This document shows, piece by piece, positions 1-8,778 of a stretch of 36,911 bases of DNA. The position numbers were made by a program, and so were the translations under genes. Under the pieces are notes generated by a model, which was given only the letters and a program-made list of their open reading frames with translations, searched no databases and was not told where the DNA came from. This DNA comes from a virus (lineage: Duplodnaviria; Caudoviricetes). The stretch covers positions 1 to 36,911 of IMG/VR virus record IMGVR_UViG_3300005259_000017. One strand, 5' to 3'. Every line of letters begins with the position of its first letter. Within the stretch, counting starts at the first letter, position 1.

Positions 1-264
1 TCCGTTCAGGGCGACCAGTACGCGAAGATCCACGACAGCGAAATGATCCTACCCGCCGGCATTGCCGAGGAAGCGCGGCGCGCGGGCGTCGTGATCGGGC
101 CGGCCGAGAACCTCGGGAGCATCGGGGCGGCGGGGATCGCCGCGCGCCAGCAGATCAGCCTCACCTTAAACTTGGACGGCTCTATCACGGCGGACGGCCG
201 GGAAATCGGCCGCATCGCCTATCAGCACTTCGACGAGTTCGCAGGGAGCGCATATGGCGGTTGA
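1..264 (+). CDS. C-terminal end of tail tape measure protein (continues from 33525-36911 across the circular junction)
   Basis: Frame 1 is open from base 1 (SVQGDQYAKIHDSEMILPAG...). It joins in frame to ...FGGSYDVGSL at the window end, rebuilding a YDVG-x3-V-x2-DQ-x-A-x-IH-x2-EMI motif typical of TMP C-termini. It ends with LNLDG...DGREIGR. Confidence 0.85.
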   Translation, partial: SVQGDQYAKIHDSEMILPAGIAEEARRAGVVIGPAENLGSIGAAGIAARQQISLTLNLDGSITADGREIGRIAYQHFDEFAGSAYGG

Positions 265-2935
265 AGTAAAAATCTCCGGCGTGACCTACGTGGCTGTCAC
301 CGACTCCGTGCAGATCACTGAGCAGGCGCGGGCGACCGCGAGCACAACGATCCAGGTGCGCCTGGATGCATTGCCGATTCCGGTGTCCCTGCAGGCTGTC
401 GAAATTCTCATTGACGACGTGGCCGTGTTCGCGGGCCACATCGAGAACGTCGGTTCGCCGCAGTACGACACCGGCTTTGAGACGCGCGTCGTGTCGCTCT
501 CGATCCAGAGCCTTGAAGCGATCCTAAACCGGCGCCTGATTACCCGGAACTGGTACAACAAATACGTCCACGAGATCGTGCAAGACATCTACACCGAATA
601 CCTCGCCGAAGAGGGCCTTACCCTCGGCTCAATCTCGGTTACGACCGTGCAACTCGACAGCTACAAGAAGTCTTACGAACAGGCCAGCTCGGTACTGAAC
701 GACCTTGCCAAGAGGTGCGACGGCGCGAGCTTCTACATCGGCCCCGATAAAAAGTTCTACTTCTTGATTTCCGAAGACTTCCCCCAGGTGGACGCCCCCG
801 AGCACATCACCGGATTGAAGCGCGTCGACGCCTACGGCGACCTCCGCACCGTCCAGGTAATGAAGGGCGCAAGCTCGCGCATCGTCGGCACGGCGACCAA
901 TGCTACCCTGCTGGCCGAGATCGCGGCGCTGTCGGGCACCTCGGGCAAGATCGAGAAGATGGAATCGGACGGCACGATCCACAACCCGACGAAGGCTGGA
1001 ACCGAAGCCACCGAGCGCCTGGCGCAATATGCGGAGCGGGAAATCACGCTGACCTGCACCTGCCACGACCTCGTGAAAACGGCGCTCTATCAGACCTGGG
1101 CGATCTACTCCGGGCATTTCCCGACCGCCCGGCAGCTCCCGACCGGGGCGGCGCTCCCGGGCGCCGCGAGCGTCTACCCGCTCGACATGACCGGGCTCTA
1201 CACGGTCGTGCAGCGGACGATCACCTGCTACGGCCCTGACCAGTACAAGGTCTCCGTAACGCTTAAGAACCGAAATTTCTTCGCCCGGTATGGCTACTCG
1301 GTAAGGGAAGCTCTCGAAGATGCCAGGAACGCAAACCGAAAAACCGATGATATCAACAGCGAAGATCAATTCACTCCTGACAAAAAAATCGCTGCACGAG
1401 ATGCTTGGAATATTATAGCATCAGAAAAAGACCACCTTGATTCTCAGGCTGATATCTATGGAGTTACGACTGAAAAAATATCCTATGACGCGGCTTTTGC
1501 CACTCTAGCGGATTACCTCAACGCCGGAGCGGCTTGGATATCAGGCTACCCATCATGGATATCTGACGACCTACTTTCTGAAACTACCGACATCGTTGGA
1601 GCAGATTATCAAGCGACCTGGCGGGCCTATTACGACGCGAGAATTGTTCTCAATGCCGCCCTGTCTGAAGCAATTGAAGCCGCTGTAAATGCTGGCGTGC
1701 CTGGTCTCGTCCCCCGCTTTAGAGGATCGTTTCTTTTTGTCGACATTTCCACCGCTTATTATTCGGGGCCGATTGTTAATGATTGGATCGTATTATACTC
1801 GCTGACGGCTGCAAATTGTGGAATCTATAAGTGGTCGGGTTCGGTATGGATACGTCAAAGCTCGCCTACAGAGGAAATACAAACATCATGTGCACTGGCT
1901 GTTTTGGCCGCTGTCGATGCCGGCTACTGTGCCTCTACCGATTATTTTGAAGTAAGCTCACAGGCTCTTGAGCTGATCATCGTTAAGCGGCTTCTTGCAA
2001 AACAGGTTGTTCTTCTTGCTGAAGGATATCTTAAAAGCCACGATTACTCCACTGATACCGACGGCTTCCCGCTTGCCGGATTCATGCTCGATGTCGCCGG
2101 CCAGATGATCGACTCCTACGGCTCACGGTTTGTGAACGCTCTGATCAAGAATGCAGTCATCACCAACGCTTCCATTTCGGGCATCATCACTTCAGGCGCC
2201 CTCGATACGCAGGAAGAAATCCTTAAGACATGGACGGCATCAGGGAACTTTACCGGCGCCGCGATCGCCAGCTATTTTGAACTTACCCCGGAAAATGACT
2301 ACACCTGCCTTCCGAGTACGTTCTGCGGAAAAACTCCGGTTGGAATAAAATCGCACTATACCGGGATAAGAGACCCAGCGCGCGTTTACGAAATAATCGT
2401 TACCTTCTCGGATACCTCAACAGCTGAGTTCTATTTCGGGCTTAGCTATGCAGCTTCCACGTATTCCGGCTCCATCCAGATCGGCCAGTACGCGCTCGCG
2501 GTAATGAACTGCTACGCGGGCTCCTACCTGTACGCTTCAAAGGCTTGCGCGGCCGCCGCGAATTCCACATCGGCGACGAAGCGGATCGAGTACACGAGCG
2601 GGCGAAAGGGATCGGTCAACATCAAGCTCATCGCGGCGGCCGCCGGCGCAGGAGTAAACGATTTCTCCGCCTATACTCTCTATGCCCGAATCTACAAGGA
2701 CGGAGCCGCTTACGGTACGCAACGCTCTTTGTCCGTGCCCGCGTATGTCTACGACGCCGAGGACGGCTCAGGCTCGGGCGGCGCGGCATCGGGATCCTGG
2801 ACCGAGGATGTCACCGGGCTGACGGCAGGATCGAAGATACAGATCTATCTTTGGGTATCCGCGGTACGAAGCGGAGCGACGCAGGCCGCGCAGATGGATA
2901 TTCGCATATCGACGGAGGGATTCACCGATCTATGA
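254..2935 (+). CDS. Tail tip / baseplate hub protein with C-terminal fibre-like extension (893 aa)
   Basis: Directly follows the TMP. N-terminal hub-like region (...LAKRCDGASFYIGPDKKFYF), a helical EK..Y..A...L..YL segment seen in phage minor tail proteins, and a G/S/T-rich beta C-terminus. Confidence 0.75.
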   Translation: MAVEVKISGVTYVAVTDSVQITEQARATASTTIQVRLDALPIPVSLQAVEILIDDVAVFAGHIENVGSPQYDTGFETRVVSLSIQSLEAILNRRLITRNWYNKYVHEIVQDIYTEYLAEEGLTLGSISVTTVQLDSYKKSYEQASSVLNDLAKRCDGASFYIGPDKKFYFLISEDFPQVDAPEHITGLKRVDAYGDLRTVQVMKGASSRIVGTATNATLLAEIAALSGTSGKIEKMESDGTIHNPTKAGTEATERLAQYAEREITLTCTCHDLVKTALYQTWAIYSGHFPTARQLPTGAALPGAASVYPLDMTGLYTVVQRTITCYGPDQYKVSVTLKNRNFFARYGYSVREALEDARNANRKTDDINSEDQFTPDKKIAARDAWNIIASEKDHLDSQADIYGVTTEKISYDAAFATLADYLNAGAAWISGYPSWISDDLLSETTDIVGADYQATWRAYYDARIVLNAALSEAIEAAVNAGVPGLVPRFRGSFLFVDISTAYYSGPIVNDWIVLYSLTAANCGIYKWSGSVWIRQSSPTEEIQTSCALAVLAAVDAGYCASTDYFEVSSQALELIIVKRLLAKQVVLLAEGYLKSHDYSTDTDGFPLAGFMLDVAGQMIDSYGSRFVNALIKNAVITNASISGIITSGALDTQEEILKTWTASGNFTGAAIASYFELTPENDYTCLPSTFCGKTPVGIKSHYTGIRDPARVYEIIVTFSDTSTAEFYFGLSYAASTYSGSIQIGQYALAVMNCYAGSYLYASKACAAAANSTSATKRIEYTSGRKGSVNIKLIAAAAGAGVNDFSAYTLYARIYKDGAAYGTQRSLSVPAYVYDAEDGSGSGGAASGSWTEDVTGLTAGSKIQIYLWVSAVRSGATQAAQMDIRISTEGFTDL

Positions 2936-3192
2936 AAAAGCTCATGGCTATCCTGATTCTTGCGCTCCTCGCCTCTTGCGCCCTCCCGGCCCCTCGGTCC
3001 CCGGCGCCAGGCGAGGTCTTGACCGATGGAGTATGGGGCGGCTGGCAGATCCAGGCAGGCGGGATGCTATTTCGGACCCCCGTGGGGATCAAGACGATCG
3101 GCTACCCGGTCCAAGTCGTGCTGCACGAGGGACAATGGTACATCTGGGAAAACGGTTACGGAATGAAAATTAAACTGGCTGATAGCCAGTAA
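2932..3192 (+). CDS. Small lipoprotein (86 aa), possibly superinfection exclusion
   Basis: ATGA overlap with the upstream stop. MKKLMAILILALLAS-C is a signal peptide with a lipobox. The real start lies inside the listed 2545-3192 ORF. Confidence 0.65.
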   Translation: MKKLMAILILALLASCALPAPRSPAPGEVLTDGVWGGWQIQAGGMLFRTPVGIKTIGYPVQVVLHEGQWYIWENGYGMKIKLADSQ

Positions 3193-3203
3193 GGAGCAAG
3201 GGT

Positions 3204-4943
3204 ATGGCTTTTAGCTTGGTAAATTACCTTCGCAAGACCTACGGAATAGGGGTGCTGCCGGCTTACGACGACCCCACCGACATGAACGCCCGCGAGGCGG
3301 CGATTGACAAGCTCTCGCAGGACCACGATGCCGAATCCACCCCCGGCCGCACCCTAGTCGAAGCCGCAACCGCCGCCGCGCAGAGGACGGCGCTCGACGT
3401 TGACAGCAAGGCTGAGGTTACGGCAAAGGCTCAAGACCCCGCGAACGCCTCAGCAGCGGCGGTTGCCTCGGCCGAGGTCACGGCGGCCCCCGCGCACTGG
3501 TGGGTGCTTGTCGGCGGGGTGCTTAAGCGACTCACCCACGCGGCATGGCAGACCCTGACCCGCGCCGAGGTTGCTCCGGCCATCGAATCCGGCACAGCCA
3601 CGGCCACGCCTGCCGATACGGATGTACTGCCCGGAGTCAAGGCCGATCACTCTTTGTTAAAGTATACATGGGCGAACATCAAGGCGGCGATCTACCTCAA
3701 GCTGTACGACTGGCTCATCGCCCTCACCGCAAAAACCACGCTTGCCGACGACGACTCGCTTTGGATCGCTGACGCGGTGGGTGCGGCCTCGAAGAAAATC
3801 GCGGCGTCCCTGCTCATGCGGCGCACAAAGATGCCCGACGGTGCGACGCCGGTGTACTCGCAGGATGCGTGGACTGACCGCGATGGATGGTCAACCGACA
3901 TGACATTCAGCGCACCATCGGCGGGTATTGCGCGATTTACCTATAGTTCTTCGTACACCACGAAAATCATTGCCGGAATTTCTGGAAAAACGATGCTTGT
4001 AAGGTGGCGCAACGACGGTCTCAAATCCTCAAGAATCGTATGCGACACCGGCATCAACACCATTCTCGCCACAATAGGGCCGTCGGCTGATTGGCAAATA
4101 TCTTTAGTTAGAATACCAATGCTCACGGTTTCGCAGGTTGGGTTCCAGATTATATCTGGTGGTGCTGGAAACTATATTGAGATTGACGCTATCTGGATCG
4201 GCGACTACAGCTACCTCACCGGCTCTCTGTCCGAAGAAGCGGCCCGCATCGCTGACCAGCTCGGCGACACGGCGGGTGTGGGCGTTGCGGCGACCGGGAC
4301 TATTACCTCCAGCGGCACTAACGTAAGCCACCTCGACGCGGTTACTATCGCCGGGAAGCAGTATAGGTTCAAGGATTCAGCGATAGAGGGATTAACCACA
4401 GAGGGCGATGTTCTTGTTGGCGCAAATCTGGCGACATCGTTAATTTATCTGCGGCGAGCTATAAATACGCCTACAGACTATCCAGCCCAGTGTATGTGCG
4501 CCGCCGCGCATCCGTTGGTTGTCGCAGATTATAATTCCGGTCTTGTGGTAATTCTTACTTCAAGAAGTACCGGCATCCTCGGTAACCAGATCACCCTCGC
4601 TAAGTCCGCCGCGACGCTCACCTTGTCCGGCCCCACCCTCTCGGGCGGCATCGACGACGTGGGAAAAAAGATCATCACGCAAATCCAGAACAACATCGCG
4701 GCGAGCGGAACGCGCCCTGCGGCGGCCATGATTTCGGACACGGTTACGGATGTCGGCTACGAAACAACGGTCGATGTGGCCTCGGGCGGAACCTACACGC
4801 TCCCCTCGGGCGGAACGTGGCGATGGTGCGTCTACGGATACGGCGCGACGGTATCGGCGGCAAAACGCGGATCGAGCGCGGGCGGAACGACGCTGACCGT
4901 GGCCGGAGCGAACGCAACCATTTGGGTGCGGAAGGTGGCTTGA
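3204..4943 (+). CDS. Tail fibre / receptor-binding protein (579 aa)
   Basis: AAGGAG RBS, A/T/G-rich sequence with fibre-like segments (TATPADTD, TTLADDD), and position after the tail tip gene. Confidence 0.7.
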   Translation: MAFSLVNYLRKTYGIGVLPAYDDPTDMNAREAAIDKLSQDHDAESTPGRTLVEAATAAAQRTALDVDSKAEVTAKAQDPANASAAAVASAEVTAAPAHWWVLVGGVLKRLTHAAWQTLTRAEVAPAIESGTATATPADTDVLPGVKADHSLLKYTWANIKAAIYLKLYDWLIALTAKTTLADDDSLWIADAVGAASKKIAASLLMRRTKMPDGATPVYSQDAWTDRDGWSTDMTFSAPSAGIARFTYSSSYTTKIIAGISGKTMLVRWRNDGLKSSRIVCDTGINTILATIGPSADWQISLVRIPMLTVSQVGFQIISGGAGNYIEIDAIWIGDYSYLTGSLSEEAARIADQLGDTAGVGVAATGTITSSGTNVSHLDAVTIAGKQYRFKDSAIEGLTTEGDVLVGANLATSLIYLRRAINTPTDYPAQCMCAAAHPLVVADYNSGLVVILTSRSTGILGNQITLAKSAATLTLSGPTLSGGIDDVGKKIITQIQNNIAASGTRPAAAMISDTVTDVGYETTVDVASGGTYTLPSGGTWRWCVYGYGATVSAAKRGSSAGGTTLTVAGANATIWVRKVA

Positions 4944-4944
4944 T

Positions 4945-5133
4945 ATGGAATTTGACCTAACCCCTGAAAACATTGTGCGGCGAGAGGACGGCAGTTTCGT
5001 CGTGCGGATCGTTGGCGGCGAGTTTGACGGCATGGAGTACCAGACTACGCCGACCTATAACCCCGAGTTGTACGCTCGGTGTTGCGAATCGCTCGGGTTG
5101 CCCGTGCCGGAACCGGAAACGCCGGAAGTGTAA
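4945..5133 (+). CDS. Small acidic protein, possible tail-fibre chaperone (62 aa)
   Basis: Starts 1 nt after the fibre stop. Function inferred from position only. Confidence 0.5.
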   Translation: MEFDLTPENIVRREDGSFVVRIVGGEFDGMEYQTTPTYNPELYARCCESLGLPVPEPETPEV

Positions 5134-5166
5134 AAAGGTCGGCCCACTGCGGCCATCGGAGGCATC

Positions 5167-5253
5167 ATGGACGTATCGACTGTAACGAGGGCCGCCGCTA
5201 TCGGGGCCGCCGCCGTGGTCGTGCCCGCCGCGATCTACGCGGGGCTGAAGTAA
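5167..5253 (+). CDS. 28-aa hydrophobic peptide MDVSTVTRAAAIGAAAVVVPAAIYAGLK
   Basis: GGAGG RBS just upstream of ATG 5167 and TAA at 5251-5253. Fills the gap before the lysis genes; below the ORF-track cutoff. Confidence 0.45.
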   Translation: MDVSTVTRAAAIGAAAVVVPAAIYAGLK

Positions 5254-5286
5254 AAAACGAGGCCGCGAGGCCGGGAGGATAACAGC

Positions 5287-5571
5287 ATGAGCGAACAGCA
5301 GAAAAAGACGCTACAAAACGTAGGCATCATCGTCTCGACAGTGGTCGCCATCATCATGACGACGCTGACCCTCTCGGCCAACTCGACTGTAAAAATCCAG
5401 ACCGAGAAAATGGCGAGCCTGGAAGTGCGGCAGACCACGACAGAGCGCGACATGTCGGAAATCAAATCGATGGTGTCCGGCTACGGCTCAAAGCTCGATC
5501 AAATCTCCTCCGGGCAAGACGCGATATTGAAAATGTTCGTCGCGCATATCGAGAAAGGAAGCGGGAAATGA
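5287..5571 (+). CDS. Membrane-anchored coiled-coil protein (holin/XhlA-like lysis accessory)
   Basis: GGAGG RBS, one N-terminal TM segment (VGIIVSTVVAIIMTTLTL) then a coiled coil; overlaps the endolysin start (ATGA). Confidence 0.55.
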   Translation: MSEQQKKTLQNVGIIVSTVVAIIMTTLTLSANSTVKIQTEKMASLEVRQTTTERDMSEIKSMVSGYGSKLDQISSGQDAILKMFVAHIEKGSGK

Positions 5572-6179
5572 CCCCCATCCATGGCGGCGTGATCACAACC
5601 CCATTTTCCGAGCCTCGCCCGCTCTCCGTCCCGCCCGCGCAGCGCACCCACGTCCACGGCGCCCTCGATGTCGCCGGCGGCGACGGCATCGTCCGGGCAC
5701 CCGCCGACGGAACCGCGCAGGGCTTCGCCATCTATCGCGGCGTTGACCCCGACCGGGGCCGCGGCGGCTGGGGCGGCAAGGGCATCGTCGAGAAGTCGGA
5801 GATCCTCGCCTTCCCGTGGCGCGAGTACTGGTACGACACCTTCGGCGCCTTCGTGACCCTGATCGAGCCGTCCGGCCGCCTGCACCTTCTCTGCCATATC
5901 TGGCCCTCGCGCATGCTCAACCCGCAACCCGGCCCCGCGCGCTACCCCTTCCGGTACGCGTATTACATCGAGGAAGAGGAAGCCACGCGCTGGCCTTGCC
6001 ACCTCATGATGACCGAAGCGACGCAGGTCCGCGCCGGTCAACCGATCGCGCCCGTGGGATACGCGGGATACGTTACCGGGCCGACAGGGCGGCACGTCCA
6101 CTGGGAGATACACCATCAAGCGGACAGGCTGGACGACTACGCGGCAAGGATCGACCCCGCGAAGGAGTATATGCGATGA
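5568..6179 (+). CDS. M23-family metallopeptidase endolysin (203 aa)
   Basis: HxxxD (HGALD), V.APADG, VRAGQPIAPVGYAG...TGRHVHWE (HxH), and a C-terminal IDP motif. Confidence 0.85.
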   Translation: MTPIHGGVITTPFSEPRPLSVPPAQRTHVHGALDVAGGDGIVRAPADGTAQGFAIYRGVDPDRGRGGWGGKGIVEKSEILAFPWREYWYDTFGAFVTLIEPSGRLHLLCHIWPSRMLNPQPGPARYPFRYAYYIEEEEATRWPCHLMMTEATQVRAGQPIAPVGYAGYVTGPTGRHVHWEIHHQADRLDDYAARIDPAKEYMR

Positions 6180-6406
6180 AGCTCCAACCACTCACGAAAG
6201 CGGCGGCGCACTACTCCTCGTACTGGGGCATCCTCGCCGTCTACTTCGTCACCCTAGTCCTCCAGCCCACGATCGCGGCGACCATCGCGGCGCCGGTTGT
6301 CGCGGGTCTTCTCTTGCTCTCTGGCGTGTCCCAGGCGGCGAACGTCAAGGCCGCGAAGGACAAGGCCGAGCACTATGTCCCCGAGTTGGACAAGGGGGAA
6401 AAGTAA
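6176..6406 (+). CDS. Holin candidate, 2 TM (76 aa)
   Basis: ATGA overlap with the endolysin stop; two hydrophobic segments and a charged C-terminal tail. Confidence 0.6.
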   Translation: MKLQPLTKAAAHYSSYWGILAVYFVTLVLQPTIAATIAAPVVAGLLLLSGVSQAANVKAAKDKAEHYVPELDKGEK

Positions 6407-6741
6407 TGGGCGCTCGTGGTGTTTTCCGAACCCTTGAAGGTGGCATCTTGTCCTTTTACTGCCCTGGTTGCGGATGCTCTCATGGCATTGATAGTCGATG
6501 GACAGTGACCGGGCCAGATTCAGCCCCGACTGTTCGGGCAAGCGTACTTACCCGGTGGACGCGAGAGCCACCCGGGGAACCGGATACATGGACATGGAAA
6601 GAGCACCCTGGCGGCCGCGCTGACGGTGCCGTGGATATGGTTTGTCACCTCTTTATTACCGACGGCCAAATCCAATACCTCTCCGACTGTACGCACGAGC
6701 TGGCCGGCAAGACCGTACCGATGGAGCCCGAAGATGACTAA
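6406..6741 (+). CDS. DUF6527-like Cys/His metal-binding protein (111 aa)
   Basis: CPGC..SH, W...G....PT..S, CHLFITDGQIQYLSDCTH.LAG pattern recalled for this phage-borne family. Confidence 0.65.
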   Translation: MGARGVFRTLEGGILSFYCPGCGCSHGIDSRWTVTGPDSAPTVRASVLTRWTREPPGEPDTWTWKEHPGGRADGAVDMVCHLFITDGQIQYLSDCTHELAGKTVPMEPEDD

Positions 6742-7084
6742 CCGCACCGCGAAACGCCTGACCATCGCCCTCCTCGTCGCCATGGCCGCCCTGGCCGTCG
6801 CCTCCGCGATCGGTTGGGCCATCGCCATCCAGCGCGGGCGCGACCTGGCATTGATCAAGACCGCGCAGACCGCCGAAGCCGCCGCCGAGAAGGCGCGAAA
6901 GGATAAAGCCGATGAAATCGAAGCTACTCCCCCTGCTGATCTTGTCGCTGGCTCTCCTCGGGCTGGGGAACTTGAACGCGCAAGAGACGAGCGCGCCCGC
7001 GACGCCGCCGCCCGAATCCTTGACGAAATACGGATTCGAAGTCGGGAAGCTCTATCTCGGGGAAGTGGCAGACCTCTACCTTGA
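6734..7084 (+). CDS. i-spanin-like protein (N-terminal TM plus helical periplasmic part, 116 aa)
   Basis: MTNRTAKR, then a TM segment, then Ala/Glu/Arg-rich helices; lies in the lysis cassette. Confidence 0.55.
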   Translation: MTNRTAKRLTIALLVAMAALAVASAIGWAIAIQRGRDLALIKTAQTAEAAAEKARKDKADEIEATPPADLVAGSPRAGELERARDERARDAAARILDEIRIRSREALSRGSGRPLP

Positions 7085-7346
7085 CGAAGCGCTCGCCGCG
7101 GCGCGGCCCCTGATTGAGGACGAAATCGCGCGGGCGTGGAATGACGGATACAAGCAAGGCGTCCTAGACTACGGCCCTGAGTCGGCGAAGTGGGAAGCGA
7201 CCGCCTACGTATGGCGGAACGAAGCCGTGAAGACCGCGACCGGGCCGACCTGGGGAACGGTGGCGATCGCGGGGGGCGGTGGGCTGATCATCGGGGCAGG
7301 AATCGGGGTGGTCTCGGCGGCGGTGCTGATCGCGGCGGCGAGGTAG
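6912..7346 (+). CDS. Secreted protein with C-terminal Gly-rich TM segment, overlapping the upstream gene (spanin-partner candidate)
   Basis: Signal peptide MKSKLLPLLILSLALLGLGNLNA with no Cys; C-terminal GxxxG hydrophobic tail; 173-nt out-of-frame overlap. Confidence 0.6.
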   Translation: MKSKLLPLLILSLALLGLGNLNAQETSAPATPPPESLTKYGFEVGKLYLGEVADLYLDEALAAARPLIEDEIARAWNDGYKQGVLDYGPESAKWEATAYVWRNEAVKTATGPTWGTVAIAGGGGLIIGAGIGVVSAAVLIAAAR

Positions 7347-7596
7347 GATTTTTATATCGTCACTAGGCGGTTACGATATGGCGACGGCGAAGCATTATTG
7401 AGGGGATAGACTTTTAGCAATTTCGGCGTATATCATTATTTTATAACAGCTTTACATTATAGAAGCGATTAACTAATGCCCGTCCCCGGCATATATCCAA
7501 AAATATATACTTATAATATATAGATTTATTTTATAACTATTAAAACAGGTTAAAATACAGGTGACAAAATAGCGTTACAGCACTATATATAGTGGT
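7347..7596. other. Putative attP region, with candidate core CCCGTCCCCGGCA at 7479-7491
   Basis: AT-rich non-coding gap between lysis genes and integrase. The GC-rich 13-mer resembles a tRNA 3' end. TTATTTTATAAC is repeated at 7436 and 7526. Confidence 0.6.
7561..7596 (+). promoter_or_regulatory. Candidate integrase promoter GTGACA-N17-TATATA, 7 nt before the ATG, overlapped by palindrome CACTATATATAGTG
   Basis: Spacing read directly; there is no SD sequence before ATG 7597. Confidence 0.4.
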
Positions 7597-8778
7597 ATGC
7601 CACGCTCCAAATTACCCATAAAAGCCCAGATCATCACCGGCACGGACCGCTACCGCCTCATCTTCATAGAACACCCAGACTGGGTCTTCAATACCGAATT
7701 CACCGACCCTAAGATCGCGAAGGATTACGGGAAAAGGTGCAAAGCCGAACTCTTTGCGCTCCGGGAAGCCAAGCAGGAAGAAACGAAACTATTCAAAGTT
7801 CTTGGCAAGGACTTTTTCGACCCGAAGGGGCCGTGGGCCGCCGACCAGAAAGAGGCCGGTGCGAAACGAATTAAGCACACCATCGACACCTATTCGCAAA
7901 TCCTCGAGAACCATCTTATCCCAGCCCTCGGAGATATGGACGTGAGGGAGATTCTCGGGAAGCACATCAAGAAGGCGCTCTCTGAAGCAAGGCATGTGAA
8001 AACAGGGAAGCCGCTGGCCAGGGCGACGAAGGCGCGGGGGCAATGGGTTCTTTCCCTCATGTTCAATTATTGGATCACCGAAGGCATCGTGACCAACAAC
8101 CCCGTGGCCGCCATGACGAAATACGACGGATCGGCCGAGAAGCCCCGCGACGCCCTCCCTCGCGACGTGCGGGCCGCGCTATTCCCGAACAGCTACGCCG
8201 AATCCCTCGCTATCTGGCGGTCGCCCATGTGGACGGCATACTTCGGGATCCTCGACGACACTGGGGCCAGAAACGGCGAGCCGCGGTCCCTGCGCTGGCG
8301 CGATATCGATTGGGAGCATCACTTCATTCCGCTCATCACGGCGATCGAAGCATGTACCGTTGATACCGTGAAGGAAACGAAAAATGGTAAAAAAAAGCCG
8401 GGCTGGCCATCGGAGGTTACGGTGGAGGCGTTACGCGCATGGCAGACGGCGAGTAAATTCAAAAAGCCCGACGATTGGATCTTCACCTCGAACGGGAAGG
8501 CGCCCATATCGAACAACGCAGTCTTGAAGGCGTTCAAGGCCACCATGAAGGAACAGGGATACTCCGGCCTTGGCTGGACGCCATACTGGCTACGGCATAG
8601 CTTCGTCACCTACGAGAGCGAACACCTAACACCCGAACAGGTGAATATGCTTGCCGGCGACTCCGAACATATCAAAGACTACAAGCATTTCGATGTCGAA
8701 GGGCTGCGAATTCAGGGCATGGAAGCGAAGGAACGGCTCGACAAGGCAAGAAACGAGGAAAACACCCCGAAAGCCTAG
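7597..8778 (+). CDS. int: Tyrosine recombinase / phage integrase (393 aa)
   Basis: SAM-like core (TIDTYSQILENHLIP), TGARNGE (Arg), ETKNGK (Lys), YWLRHSF, LAGD and DYKH (Tyr). Confidence 0.92.
   Translation: MPRSKLPIKAQIITGTDRYRLIFIEHPDWVFNTEFTDPKIAKDYGKRCKAELFALREAKQEETKLFKVLGKDFFDPKGPWAADQKEAGAKRIKHTIDTYSQILENHLIPALGDMDVREILGKHIKKALSEARHVKTGKPLARATKARGQWVLSLMFNYWITEGIVTNNPVAAMTKYDGSAEKPRDALPRDVRAALFPNSYAESLAIWRSPMWTAYFGILDDTGARNGEPRSLRWRDIDWEHHFIPLITAIEACTVDTVKETKNGKKKPGWPSEVTVEALRAWQTASKFKKPDDWIFTSNGKAPISNNAVLKAFKATMKEQGYSGLGWTPYWLRHSFVTYESEHLTPEQVNMLAGDSEHIKDYKHFDVEGLRIQGMEAKERLDKARNEENTPKA

Noticed and set aside
254-4943. Diversity-generating retroelement or invertible tail-fibre cassette
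   Set aside because: No reverse transcriptase, template repeat or invertase was seen.
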